Shown here in pieces: positions 29,085 through 37,967 of a DNA stretch of 64,000 nt (position 1 is its first letter; each line of letters opens with the position of its first letter). The stretch spans positions 32,001 to 96,000 of IMG/VR virus record IMGVR_UViG_3300023174_000053; one strand, 5' to 3'. Source of the DNA: a virus. The position numbers were made by a program, and so were the translations under genes. The notes below the pieces were generated by a model. That model worked only from the letters and a program-made list of their open reading frames with translations. It had not been told where the DNA came from and did no database searches.

Positions 29085-29297
29085 TCAACAACCCTCTTCG
29101 TGATCCGTGTGTATTCGAATCAGGTCGTCATGTTCTTCTAAACCATCCACTATGTACTCATAATCCTTTGCTGGCATTATAACTACTTCATTTCCTTCAT
29201 CGGTGACTATAAAAGATTCTCCATTTTCTACTCTTTCTATTAGATTATCAAAGTCTTCTTGGAATTCTTCTACCGTAAACTTTTTCATTTGCTTCAT
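29085..29297 (-). CDS. Phd/YefM-like antitoxin-fold protein
   Basis: FTVEEFQEDFDNLIERVENGESFIVT..VVIMP. Confidence 0.75.
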   Translation of the reverse strand: MKQMKKFTVEEFQEDFDNLIERVENGESFIVTDEGNEVVIMPAKDYEYIVDGLEEHDDLIRIHTDHEEGC

Positions 29298-29354
29298 TAA
29301 TATAAGATTATCATATCAGTTATTGAAAGGTCTGTCAATATAATTATAAAAAAA

Positions 29355-29510
29355 TTAAAACTTATTCAAATGGTCTTCCAATCTATGTAATAGTTTTTCC
29401 ATTTTAGGCATATCTGGAACTTCTAAATTTGACGCATAAAGATACTCATCCAATGCGATTGTAAGTAATTCAATATCACCCTTAGACAGGTTTGGGGATT
29501 CCCAACTCAT
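29355..29510 (-). CDS. 51 aa hypothetical protein
   Basis: Hand-translated MSWESPNLSKGDIELLTIALDEYLY...; ATGA overlap. Confidence 0.6.
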   Translation of the reverse strand: MSWESPNLSKGDIELLTIALDEYLYASNLEVPDMPKMEKLLHRLEDHLNKF

Positions 29511-29761
29511 TTAATTTCAAACTCCATTTTTCTAACTTTACGGTTTCTTCTTGCTTCTTGATATGCAAGATCTTCTCTTGTAAAAAGAGAAGAAGAATTA
29601 TTTTTTAAATTTGGATTTGATATTAACTCTACCAAACTTAAATCTAATGCAGTAATTTTATCATCTTTTACTGTGGTTAAATTATCACATCCACAACACT
29701 TAGTCTGTGTTTGATGAGAGTGCAACTCTTTGTTGCACATTTTACATCTGACCTTTAACAT
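29507..29761 (-). CDS. zinc-ribbon hypothetical protein
   Basis: VRCKMC...CCGCDN. Confidence 0.75.
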   Translation of the reverse strand: MLKVRCKMCNKELHSHQTQTKCCGCDNLTTVKDDKITALDLSLVELISNPNLKNNSSSLFTREDLAYQEARRNRKVRKMEFEIK

Positions 29762-29812
29762 TTTATATCATTCCTTTAAATTAGTCAAGTATTTACATTA
29801 TACCATTAATTT

Positions 29813-30256
29813 TTATTCTAGAAAAGATCTCAACATCCAATGGAATTTGCCGTGCGTTTCCATTATAGTTTGAACTAAATTTGAAGTTGCATACTGTTTT
29901 TGTTTATCTGCTTCTTCTGAAATTTCTGTAAATATTTCTACAATCTTTTTATTATCATCTCTCAACTGCCTAACCATTTCCATAGCACCAATATCTTGGG
30001 CACTATTTGATGCTTGTTCAATTTGAGTTACTTCAGTAATTCTTGTGAGAGTGCTGACTGGTTTCATTCCCAAATATCTCATATGTTCTGTGAGAGTATC
30101 AATCTCTTCAAACATTTCATTATATTGTTCACCAAAGACAGTGTGTAGTTGATGAAAGTCTGGTCCAACAACATCCCAATGATAAATCCAAGTTTTTTGA
30201 AATAAAACAAAAAGTGATGCCTGAGCATCACTCAAAGATTTAAATAAAGTTTCCAT
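29813..30256 (-). CDS. dps: Dps / ferritin-like DNA-protecting protein
   Basis: HWDVVGPDFHQLH..F, DTLTEH, HGKFHWML; TATAAATA upstream at 30271-30278. Confidence 0.92.
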   Translation of the reverse strand: METLFKSLSDAQASLFVLFQKTWIYHWDVVGPDFHQLHTVFGEQYNEMFEEIDTLTEHMRYLGMKPVSTLTRITEVTQIEQASNSAQDIGAMEMVRQLRDDNKKIVEIFTEISEEADKQKQYATSNLVQTIMETHGKFHWMLRSFLE

Positions 30257-30339
30257 TATACTTTTTGAAGTATTTATAAATGATCAAATACCAAAATCCC
30301 CCTTGTGGGGGATAAATGGTACTTATACCTTAAAGGTTA

Positions 30340-31230
30340 TCAGAACTTGATACCAAGACCAGTTGTGAACACGGGACTATAAGTTCCATTTGAACTACCA
30401 TAACTGTTACCAGCATTGGTAGTGGGGAACTTAAGATCTGCAAAACCAACCAAGGAATCAGTAATACGACCTTCAACACCCAAAGCAAGAACAACTTGAG
30501 TCTGAGAACCAACAGCAGATTGATAATTGGAAGTGGTGTTATTCACAAAAGGAGTTTGAACACCAATACCACCATAGATGTTTGCACGACTTACTTTAGT
30601 TCCATTTGCAAGATTCTTGCGTGAAATGGAATAATCATAAGTAGCAAGAGCACCACCAGCAGCACCAATCTGTCCAGCAGGGTTACCAACAAAGTTGCCA
30701 TAAGGGCGAATTGAAACTTCATTTCCCCAAGCAGTAGCAACAGGAAGACGTGCCTGAACAGTAGCACCGGAGATGGTTTGATTAGTACCATTACCACCGC
30801 CAGCAACTCCTTGCTTATTCAGCAGAACGCCAACACCTACATACTGACCAACTCCTTGTGCCTTACGAGCAGAAGCAACTTCCAGAGTCGTTACACGAGT
30901 ATTAGTGGCAGCAATTTCTTTGGAGAATTGAGCACGAAGCGCGGCAGCAAGAGCAGCATCAGCAGCAGTCTGATACTCACTAATGCGATCCAGGCAAGCA
31001 CTAGTCAGTGCAGCAAGTTGGGCACGAGTGGCAGGTTGTCCTGGTTGAAAAGTTCCATTAGGGAAACCAGCAACACATCCATAACGCGATACCAGATTTG
31101 AAACTGCCTGATAAGACCAGTCAGTAGGTTGCACATCACGCAGTTGAGAAACACTGGTGACTTGTGCCATAGCAGGAGCGGTCATTGCAGAAACAACAAC
31201 GGCACTAGCAAAAAATGATTTAAAATTCAT
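30340..31230 (-). CDS. SLH-domain outer-membrane beta-barrel protein (short Som/porin-like)
   Basis: Signal peptide, QVTSVSQLRDVQPTDWSYQA..YGCVAGFPNGTF, C-terminal TGLGIKF. Confidence 0.85.
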   Translation of the reverse strand: MNFKSFFASAVVVSAMTAPAMAQVTSVSQLRDVQPTDWSYQAVSNLVSRYGCVAGFPNGTFQPGQPATRAQLAALTSACLDRISEYQTAADAALAAALRAQFSKEIAATNTRVTTLEVASARKAQGVGQYVGVGVLLNKQGVAGGGNGTNQTISGATVQARLPVATAWGNEVSIRPYGNFVGNPAGQIGAAGGALATYDYSISRKNLANGTKVSRANIYGGIGVQTPFVNNTTSNYQSAVGSQTQVVLALGVEGRITDSLVGFADLKFPTTNAGNSYGSSNGTYSPVFTTGLGIKF

Positions 31231-31289
31231 AAGATTGTATTAAGATTTACAACTACGAGGATTATTTAGTATTCCCAAAAAATTGGGAA

Positions 31290-31361
31290 AGCGAAATAGG
31301 AGATTCGAACTCCTGACGTTCTGCTTGGAAGGCAGACATTCTACCGCTGAATTAATTTCGC
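31290..31361 (-). tRNA. tRNA-Gly(UCC)
   Basis: Canonical cloverleaf, TCTGC-CTTCCAA-GCAGA, U73. Confidence 0.93.
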
Positions 31362-31772
31362 ATCTTTTGGGCAGTCATCAACCCAAGGAGAACACAATCT
31401 CATTTCACCTCCAAGAACTGATTGGGCATAAGACCCATCTGGTGGTTTCTCTGAGTATCGTGGTGAAGGTATTTTAACCTTTCCATCATCTCCTGTCAAG
31501 CGTTCATACTCTGCGATTGCTGCATCAACATCACGCTTGATTCTTCTATCAAGTTTTTCTGGATCTTTAATCACAAAGTCGTTGAGAATAGTTTGTGGGA
31601 AATATCTTCTTTGAACTTCGTCAAGTAAGTCCCAAATACTATCTTGCTTAATACCACTACATTGGGAAAGTGTTGCAATAATAGAACTCAATACAATTCC
31701 TATGATTGCGTACTGCTTTATATCTGGTTTTTGTTTTCCAAATTTAAACATAAGAAAGGAGAGCAGTAACAC
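31341..31772 (-). CDS. membrane-anchored hypothetical protein
   Basis: TM helix YAIIGIVLSSIIATLSQC. Confidence 0.7.
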   Translation of the reverse strand: MLLLSFLMFKFGKQKPDIKQYAIIGIVLSSIIATLSQCSGIKQDSIWDLLDEVQRRYFPQTILNDFVIKDPEKLDRRIKRDVDAAIAEYERLTGDDGKVKIPSPRYSEKPPDGSYAQSVLGGEMRLCSPWVDDCPKDAKLIQR

Positions 31773-31784
31773 TCCCCTTATATA

Positions 31785-32423
31785 TTAGACTTCTACTTGA
31801 ACTAGTCGAGATGCATAATCATAAGCATAAGATGTGCGAGCACCATGATGCCCCCAACCAATCCAATTGTACGCATAGTCCATATAACGATTAATTGATT
31901 TACCAGGAGTTTTCATCTTCTCCTCAATTCGTTGCCATTGAACTTCATTTGTAAGATAACGAAGTTGCGTTTGAAGTGATGATGGAGAACCACCATACTT
32001 CTTAGCAAAATCACCCAATCCATAATAACGATTCGCAGATGTCCATTGAATCAAACCATAACCACCTGAGCAATTATAGTATGACGTTATACTACCACCT
32101 TCACAAACACTAGATTGGAATGTTGATTCCTGTTTAATGTTGCCCATGATGGTAGCAAGGGCGTTTCTGTCTTTGATTCCAATATCTTGGAAGTAATCAA
32201 GAGCATTTTGCTCTACATTTGAACACCCTTTACAAATTAACCTTTTCTCTTTTGGTTTTTCGGGAACAACCTCTTTGGTCGTTGTCTTGGTCTCAAACTC
32301 CTTAATCACAGAAAATGGTGGCGGGGCACTCAATGGGGGAGGAGGAAATAAACCAGGCAATGTTGCCATATTGGTCGTAACCGCTGCCAAAAGGGGCAAG
32401 GTTACTGTAAAGAAATTTTGCAT
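31785..32423 (-). CDS. phage tail lysozyme-like cell-wall hydrolase (Phage_lysozyme2-like)
   Basis: ALATIMGNIKQES, GYGLIQWT..R, QLRYL. Confidence 0.85.
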   Translation of the reverse strand: MQNFFTVTLPLLAAVTTNMATLPGLFPPPPLSAPPPFSVIKEFETKTTTKEVVPEKPKEKRLICKGCSNVEQNALDYFQDIGIKDRNALATIMGNIKQESTFQSSVCEGGSITSYYNCSGGYGLIQWTSANRYYGLGDFAKKYGGSPSSLQTQLRYLTNEVQWQRIEEKMKTPGKSINRYMDYAYNWIGWGHHGARTSYAYDYASRLVQVEV

Positions 32424-32435
32424 TTAAATTAATTG

Positions 32436-32500
32436 AACTCTACATCCGTATAAAAGGGGGGTACACCAAACCTCTCGGTAGGCACCTTCCACGGCTCTAA
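32436..32500 (-). ncRNA. putative structured 5' leader RNA of the cell-wall hydrolase
   Basis: GC-rich hairpin CCGTGGAAGG/CCTTTTATACGG, GGTGC/GTACC, ACC-GAGA-GGT tetraloop. Confidence 0.5.
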
Positions 32501-32592
32501 TTTTCACGATCAAATTCTCATAATATTAAAACCTACTCATAATAGGAATCCAAAAATGGATTTTTACATTATATCAGAGTATTTAGAAATGG

Positions 32593-32787
32593 TTAAAAAT
32601 CTAAAAAGTTTCCACTGATATAATCAAGTGATAATACTTCAAGGTTTTCTTTTTGAATTACCCAATCACGGATTTCATCATAGATACATTTCGCATCTCT
32701 TGCTCTACCATCTTCACACAAATCATGCATACGATTGATATGTTGTTGTATTGTATCATTACAGATTTTTTTGAGGTGAAGTTTCAT
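32593..32787 (-). CDS. hypothetical protein
   Basis: Likely start MKLHLKK within the track ORF 32593-32856. Confidence 0.55.
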   Translation of the reverse strand: MKLHLKKICNDTIQQHINRMHDLCEDGRARDAKCIYDEIRDWVIQKENLEVLSLDYISGNFLDF

Positions 32788-33205
32788 AAAAGTAATCTTT
32801 CCTAAAATACCTTGAAAGTATGTTAGAATTATAGTACTTTGGCACTCCACCGTCAAGTGCTTCCGTCAAAACGTTATTCAAAAACAACTGCCTTGTCTCT
32901 TCATAGTTTGTCTTACCTAATGTCTTATGAAGAGATAAAATACTTCTTTTGAACTTATCTTTACCTAATAACTTAATATCATCTTTCAGTTCAGGACAAG
33001 AACCATAATAATTTTTCCAATCACTTTCTTGTTTTACTTTTCTTTTCTTTCCTTTTGGTGTTCTAAAAGACCAAAAGTATTTTCTTCCCAAATATTTTCT
33101 TTGAGTTTCTTCACAACTTATCAAATAAACAAATCCAAAATTCTCTTGAATATCTTCTGTCTCAAAAACTTTTCCTTGATATAACCAAGGGTTTTCATAA
33201 CTCAT
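32759..33205 (-). CDS. GIY-YIG (Seg-like) nuclease conserved in T4-like phages
   Basis: FGFVYLI..RKYLGRK, WKNYYGS, YYNSNI. Confidence 0.8.
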   Translation of the reverse strand: MSYENPWLYQGKVFETEDIQENFGFVYLISCEETQRKYLGRKYFWSFRTPKGKKRKVKQESDWKNYYGSCPELKDDIKLLGKDKFKRSILSLHKTLGKTNYEETRQLFLNNVLTEALDGGVPKYYNSNILSRYFRKDYFYETSPQKNL

Positions 33206-33278
33206 TCGGGCCCTTAATAATCTTCAAGTTATTTAGATATAACTTATCTTTCAACCCTAACAGAGTGATTATAGTCAT

Positions 33279-33303
33279 AAAAAAAGCACCTGTCAAGGTG
33301 CTT
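33279..33303 (-). terminator. intrinsic terminator
   Basis: AAGCACC-TTGACA-GGTGCTT followed by a T-run. Confidence 0.7.
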
Positions 33304-33322
33304 AATAAATTGTAATATTATA

Positions 33323-35452
33323 TCAATCTTCGTCTTTTGGTTTAAATCTTCCAATTTCAGGCATTGAGTGTTGTTGCTTACCACCTCTCTTAGCAACACT
33401 TGTTCTTACACTATTGATATTATCAAATCTTTGAAGTTCTTTCATTCTTGCCTTTCTTTCCTTAGAACCAACATCAGTTCTTAGTGCTTGTAGTTGTCCC
33501 TCTTCATTATCAAGGAGTTTGCTTTCCTTTCTCTTCATTTTAGCAACAGGAAGAGGTTTCTTTTCTTCCATAATACTTTCAAACCAACCCTCACTCATAT
33601 TGTTGATAATCACATTTGCGTCATCAATTGTATTAGCAAAGTTATTTTCTAAAAGATATGATGCTACAAACTCGTATGCTTCATATGCCTCTCTATTGAG
33701 CATCTTTTTCTCTCTAGGGGTCAAAGCACTTCTTTGTGCTCCTCTTGCTGCCTGCTTTGCTTTTACCGTAGGGTCATTGGACTTATAAGCATATCCGTGA
33801 AGACCAGGATTTGAAGAAGTTGTATCACGGAAATCACCTCTTTGCTTTCTAGCAAGATTTTGTCTTGCATTTTGTTTTGCACTATCTCCATAAGTTGGTC
33901 TGTTTTCAAGTGCAGTTGCTCTATCAGCAGATTCTCCACCTTTTGTGTTTCTAGCAATCGTATTACGAATTGCAACCTCATCATAACCTCTCTTAGCCAT
34001 CGCAGTTGCTTCATTCGCAAGAACTTTCTTACGAATTGCTCCAGCAACTCTATTCCCTGCTTCTTTTGAACCATAACGTTTTGCAGCAGATGCAGCAATC
34101 TTCTTAAACATCAAACCTGGTTTGCCTTCGTCTCTTTCTTCAATATACTCAAGTTCTTCATAAATCTCAAACATATCATCCCAAGTATATCCACTTAGGT
34201 CATAACCTTCTTCAATAAGTTCATTTACCCAAAGTTCAACTTCTTCATTATAAGATTTGTTCTTCACCATAGCAATTGCTTTTGCTTTGGGAACACCAGA
34301 AGCAATCATTCTCGCAATTCTTACATCCGCAAAGTCATTATCACCATCTTCGTCTTGGTCTACTTTTTTCTTTGCTTCGTAGATTGAAGCATAAGCACCT
34401 GCAATTTCTCTAATTGTTTTTGCAGAAGGCCATTGATATGAAGAGGTTACATCTGACTTTTTGATGTCAAGTGCTTTTTTGAGCCTATCGGTTTCACCAG
34501 AAGAAGATGAAGAACCAGAACTTGAAGAAGATGAAGGAGTAGGAGTGCTTGGACCTCTATCATTATCAGCATTTACTCTTGCTGAAATCACATCCTTTCC
34601 TGCTTGTGGTGTTGAACTATTAGCAACCTTTCTTGCAAGTCCTGGATTAGAACGAGCCCAAGTATCCATAGGATTTGCTGAACTTGCTGCTGGTTTTGGT
34701 ACTGCAGAAGCAGCAGGTTTTACTGGTGCTGTAGGTGCTGCTGCTGGTTTTGCAGCTCCGCCAGAACTACTAGAACCACCAGAACCAGAACCAGAACCAC
34801 TTCCCGCAGAATATGCAGAAAGTCCAGTTGTTGAATGTACCGACGAAGAACCCGAAGTTGGTCTAGAACCAGGAGGGGCAGGTTTGCCTTGATCCATTCT
34901 TCCGAGATTTTTCTTACCTTGTGCAATTACTTGTGCAGTGCTACTTCCCATACCTTTTTGTGCAGCAGCATTTCCGCCACCAGCAGAATATGCTGATCTA
35001 TCAGCAGCAGATAGTCCAGAAACACCAGTAGAAGTTACTGATGATCCTTTTGGTGTTGTAGTTCCAAACTGTGGTTTTGTTGCTGCTGGTGGTTTTTGTA
35101 CTGGTGGTTTTTGTATACCAAATGCATTCCCGTATGCAGCAACATCATTTGCTCTATTTTGTGTTCTTTGACTTTGTTGTCTAGCAGAAGCAGCTGTTTG
35201 TTCTGCTCTTTTTTTATCACCAATTTGTTGAGACCTTTGCATAAATGTTTTTGCCGCAGCACTGTCACCAGAAGCCGCAGCTGCTCGTGACAATCCAGCA
35301 TTTCCACCTATTGAGGCAAAGGTATCTCTACCTTGTTGTGCTTGTTGAGCCTTTTGCACTCTATCAGCACTATAAGGTCCTTCATTCAACTGCTCTCCAC
35401 CATAAACACTTGAATATAACTCGTTCAATGCGTCTAAATCTTTTTTATTCAT
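33323..35452 (-). CDS. large modular low-complexity late protein (probable internal head protein)
   Basis: Alternating acidic helical modules and basic G/S/A/P-rich regions; DQDEDGDND loop. Confidence 0.75.
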   Translation of the reverse strand: MNKKDLDALNELYSSVYGGEQLNEGPYSADRVQKAQQAQQGRDTFASIGGNAGLSRAAAASGDSAAAKTFMQRSQQIGDKKRAEQTAASARQQSQRTQNRANDVAAYGNAFGIQKPPVQKPPAATKPQFGTTTPKGSSVTSTGVSGLSAADRSAYSAGGGNAAAQKGMGSSTAQVIAQGKKNLGRMDQGKPAPPGSRPTSGSSSVHSTTGLSAYSAGSGSGSGSGGSSSSGGAAKPAAAPTAPVKPAASAVPKPAASSANPMDTWARSNPGLARKVANSSTPQAGKDVISARVNADNDRGPSTPTPSSSSSSGSSSSSGETDRLKKALDIKKSDVTSSYQWPSAKTIREIAGAYASIYEAKKKVDQDEDGDNDFADVRIARMIASGVPKAKAIAMVKNKSYNEEVELWVNELIEEGYDLSGYTWDDMFEIYEELEYIEERDEGKPGLMFKKIAASAAKRYGSKEAGNRVAGAIRKKVLANEATAMAKRGYDEVAIRNTIARNTKGGESADRATALENRPTYGDSAKQNARQNLARKQRGDFRDTTSSNPGLHGYAYKSNDPTVKAKQAARGAQRSALTPREKKMLNREAYEAYEFVASYLLENNFANTIDDANVIINNMSEGWFESIMEEKKPLPVAKMKRKESKLLDNEEGQLQALRTDVGSKERKARMKELQRFDNINSVRTSVAKRGGKQQHSMPEIGRFKPKDED

Positions 35453-35506
35453 CTTCTTAGGAGCAGTAAAAAGTACTTTTCTATATTTATTTAGTGTTTT
35501 TTAATA

Positions 35507-36859
35507 TCAATCAATAAACTGTTTCCAGTACTCATAAGAACTCATCTCTTCTCCCATATTCTTTCTTGCTTTTTTACGTGCTCTTTGTGTTTGTTTAGTA
35601 GTTTTTGGAGCAGCTGGTTTATCTCTTATTCCCGTTCTACCAGGCCTAAATGGTTTAGTTTCTGAACCAAGTCTAACAGGAACAATATCACCTTTTTTTG
35701 ATTTGCCTTTTATTTTTCTATCAGGTTTAGATTGAACTACTCGGGTAACAAATGCCCTTGTCCTAGAAGAAGGAGATTCGTTATGAGCTGCTTGGGCCAT
35801 ACTATGTGCCTGTGAAGGAATATCATCGTAAGTATCTATTGAGGATATTCTTTGGCCAGATTTTAATCTATTTTTTATAATAGAAGCAGCAGCTATTGCT
35901 TTTCTTTTTGGTCCAGAAATATTTCTAGGCATATTTCCAGTTAAATGTAGTTTTCCTCCTCCATGAGCACCTAATCCCAACATTCCAACATTTCTTAAAT
36001 GTTGTACCATCATTTGATTTCCACTTTTTGATTTATCATCATTATAATTACTCATTTGACCGCGAGCTGTGACCGCAGATGTTGGATTTATTCTTCTAGG
36101 ATTACTTCTTCTGTGTCCTGGTTGCACATGAGTTATAACAGCACGGTTACCTGAAGTGCCTCTAAGCATACCTGCATCATCAAATGACCCCTTTCCTTTA
36201 AAATCATAATGATGTCCTTTTGGTAATTTATGGTCTGCAAAATCGTGAGAACTAAGATTTTCCTTGGTTTCACCAGAAGGATTAACAACTTTAACTTTAG
36301 ATTTACTTGCCTTAAGAAATGCATCATCTAAATCTGAAAGTTTTACAGCTCTTGAAAGTTTTGCTTCTTCAATATACTCTTCAAGAATGACTGCTAAAAA
36401 TTCACTACTCATATGTTCAAACATATTTTCGGCAGTCTCATAATCTTCTGCGAATTCACTATCAACCAAAGTTTCAATTACATAATCATAAATGTTTTCT
36501 GTTTCTTCTTTTTGTGCTGCGTAATAAGCACCAAGTGCTCTCTTAATTCTTTGCTTCTTACTATCACCTTTGAAGGTTTTGCTCTTTGAATGGACGAAAT
36601 CACTGATTGTCGCACCAGCATCAGCACCTACATCAATCTTTTCATTTACTTCTACTTCTTCTTTTTTCACTGAAAGAAGTTTTGGTCCATTTAACTTCTT
36701 TTCTGCTGCTGCCTTTTCTCCAGGATTTGTAGTTCCTGCAGCAAGATTTGCAATTTTTGCTTTCCTTTTTGCTGCATTATGTCCTGAACCAATATCAAAA
36801 CTTACACCTTCACTGTAAATTCTTTTGAACTTAGAAATTCCAGACATATGAGTAAGCAA
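35507..36859 (-). CDS. modular late protein related to its neighbour
   Basis: Shares the acidic YDYVIETLVDSEFA...MSSEFL module; TATAAATA at 36871-36878. Confidence 0.75.
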   Translation of the reverse strand: MLTHMSGISKFKRIYSEGVSFDIGSGHNAAKRKAKIANLAAGTTNPGEKAAAEKKLNGPKLLSVKKEEVEVNEKIDVGADAGATISDFVHSKSKTFKGDSKKQRIKRALGAYYAAQKEETENIYDYVIETLVDSEFAEDYETAENMFEHMSSEFLAVILEEYIEEAKLSRAVKLSDLDDAFLKASKSKVKVVNPSGETKENLSSHDFADHKLPKGHHYDFKGKGSFDDAGMLRGTSGNRAVITHVQPGHRRSNPRRINPTSAVTARGQMSNYNDDKSKSGNQMMVQHLRNVGMLGLGAHGGGKLHLTGNMPRNISGPKRKAIAAASIIKNRLKSGQRISSIDTYDDIPSQAHSMAQAAHNESPSSRTRAFVTRVVQSKPDRKIKGKSKKGDIVPVRLGSETKPFRPGRTGIRDKPAAPKTTKQTQRARKKARKNMGEEMSSYEYWKQFID

Positions 36860-36880
36860 TACCTTCTTTTTATTTATAAT

Positions 36881-36903
36881 AAAAAGAGGGGTCGAAACCC
36901 CTC
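36881..36903 (-). terminator. intrinsic terminator
   Basis: GAGGGGT-TTCG-ACCCCTC followed by a T-run. Confidence 0.8.
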
Positions 36904-37318
36904 ATATTACATTTAATCCTGGTTTTAATACTTCATATTTTCCATTATTAAAAACAACCCCAGAATAATAGTTTTTACCATTAAACTCACAGAACATATT
37001 ATATTCTCTACTATCTTCAAATGGGGTTATATCTATTAAGTTTCCATAGGTATTTTTCCAGATACTATGGTATATCGCACACCCATAACTTTCATCATCA
37101 ATATCTGTGATTAAATAATAACCACTTATCTTTTTCCCCCCATAAGTATTTGTATAATGATTTACATTATTGTGGCAGTTTGCATCAGCGCATAAAGGTT
37201 TAACTACCACAGGAACTTTCAATAGAATAGAAGAAAAACTACAATACTCCTGAAGTTTTATTACACACTCATCTTCTGGTAGTGATATTCTAAATTTTCT
37301 CTTCAATACTCCATCCAT
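36902..37318 (-). CDS. hypothetical protein (CHxN...HSIW...DITP)
   Basis: 138 aa; Cys/His/Asp spacing suggestive of a papain/transglutaminase-like fold. Confidence 0.65.
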   Translation of the reverse strand: MDGVLKRKFRISLPEDECVIKLQEYCSFSSILLKVPVVVKPLCADANCHNNVNHYTNTYGGKKISGYYLITDIDDESYGCAIYHSIWKNTYGNLIDITPFEDSREYNMFCEFNGKNYYSGVVFNNGKYEVLKPGLNVI

Positions 37319-37907
37319 TTGTTCTAGGTCCTTTTCTATTATACTTTATTGCGGCACTCATAGTCGCATATGAAATATTTTGAGATTTACAAAATTCTTT
37401 TAATCCTCCAATAATAACATATTCTTCATTTTCTGGAGAAATAATTTTCCAAGTTTTGGAATTTGAATTATCTTTTCCAAATTTTGGATGTATATTTTGA
37501 CTTATTTTGGTTTTTGTTTCTTGTGATAATTTAACTCCATATCTTGGATTATTTTTTCCTGCTACTTTTTCACTTATTCTTTTCTTTGCTTCTTCTGTGT
37601 GGGTTCTTCCACCAAAACCAGTAGTTTTTTGCCCTCCTGGTTTTCCATCACCACCAAGATTTTGATTTAATAAAACTCCGCCATCACACTCTCTTTTCCA
37701 AAGAGCGATATGTTTAATTTCCAAATCTATTGCTTCTTCTTTAGTTAATCCAGATTTAACTACATATCTCCTATGTCTTGGGGGAAGTATTTCTGCTCCA
37801 TTTCTTCTAGAATGTCTAGCATTAATTCTTCGTGGTTTTCCATATCCAACATAATATGGAGAACTAAAATCTTCCCTCAAATAGTAATAAAGAATATAGT
37901 TATTCAT
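37290..37907 (-). CDS. free-standing homing endonuclease, GIY-YIG-like/NUMOD3
   Basis: YYYLRE..PYYVGYG..R, LLNQNLGGDG, HTEEAKKRIS, GKNNPRYG. Confidence 0.85.
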   Translation of the reverse strand: MNNYILYYYLREDFSSPYYVGYGKPRRINARHSRRNGAEILPPRHRRYVVKSGLTKEEAIDLEIKHIALWKRECDGGVLLNQNLGGDGKPGGQKTTGFGGRTHTEEAKKRISEKVAGKNNPRYGVKLSQETKTKISQNIHPKFGKDNSNSKTWKIISPENEEYVIIGGLKEFCKSQNISYATMSAAIKYNRKGPRTNGWSIEEKI

Positions 37908-37962
37908 TTTGAGACCGAACTTATCTATTATTATTTATATAATATATTAGTTCGGTCTTAAA
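37908..37962 (-). promoter_or_regulatory. late promoter TATAAATA (37932-37939) inside a 14-bp inverted repeat abutting the ATG
   Basis: TTTAAGACCGAACT...AGTTCGGTCTCAAA-ATG on the minus strand. Confidence 0.75.
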
Positions 37963-37967
37963 GTCAA

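Noticed and set aside
34755-34800. GAACCA tandem repeats as a regulatory or contingency locus
   Set aside because: They encode the Gly-Ser linker of the large late protein and are in frame
34461-35290. Plus-strand ORFs antisense to the 709 aa protein (and similar shadow ORFs throughout the track)
   Set aside because: Antisense shadows of codon-biased minus-strand genes, with no RBS or motifs
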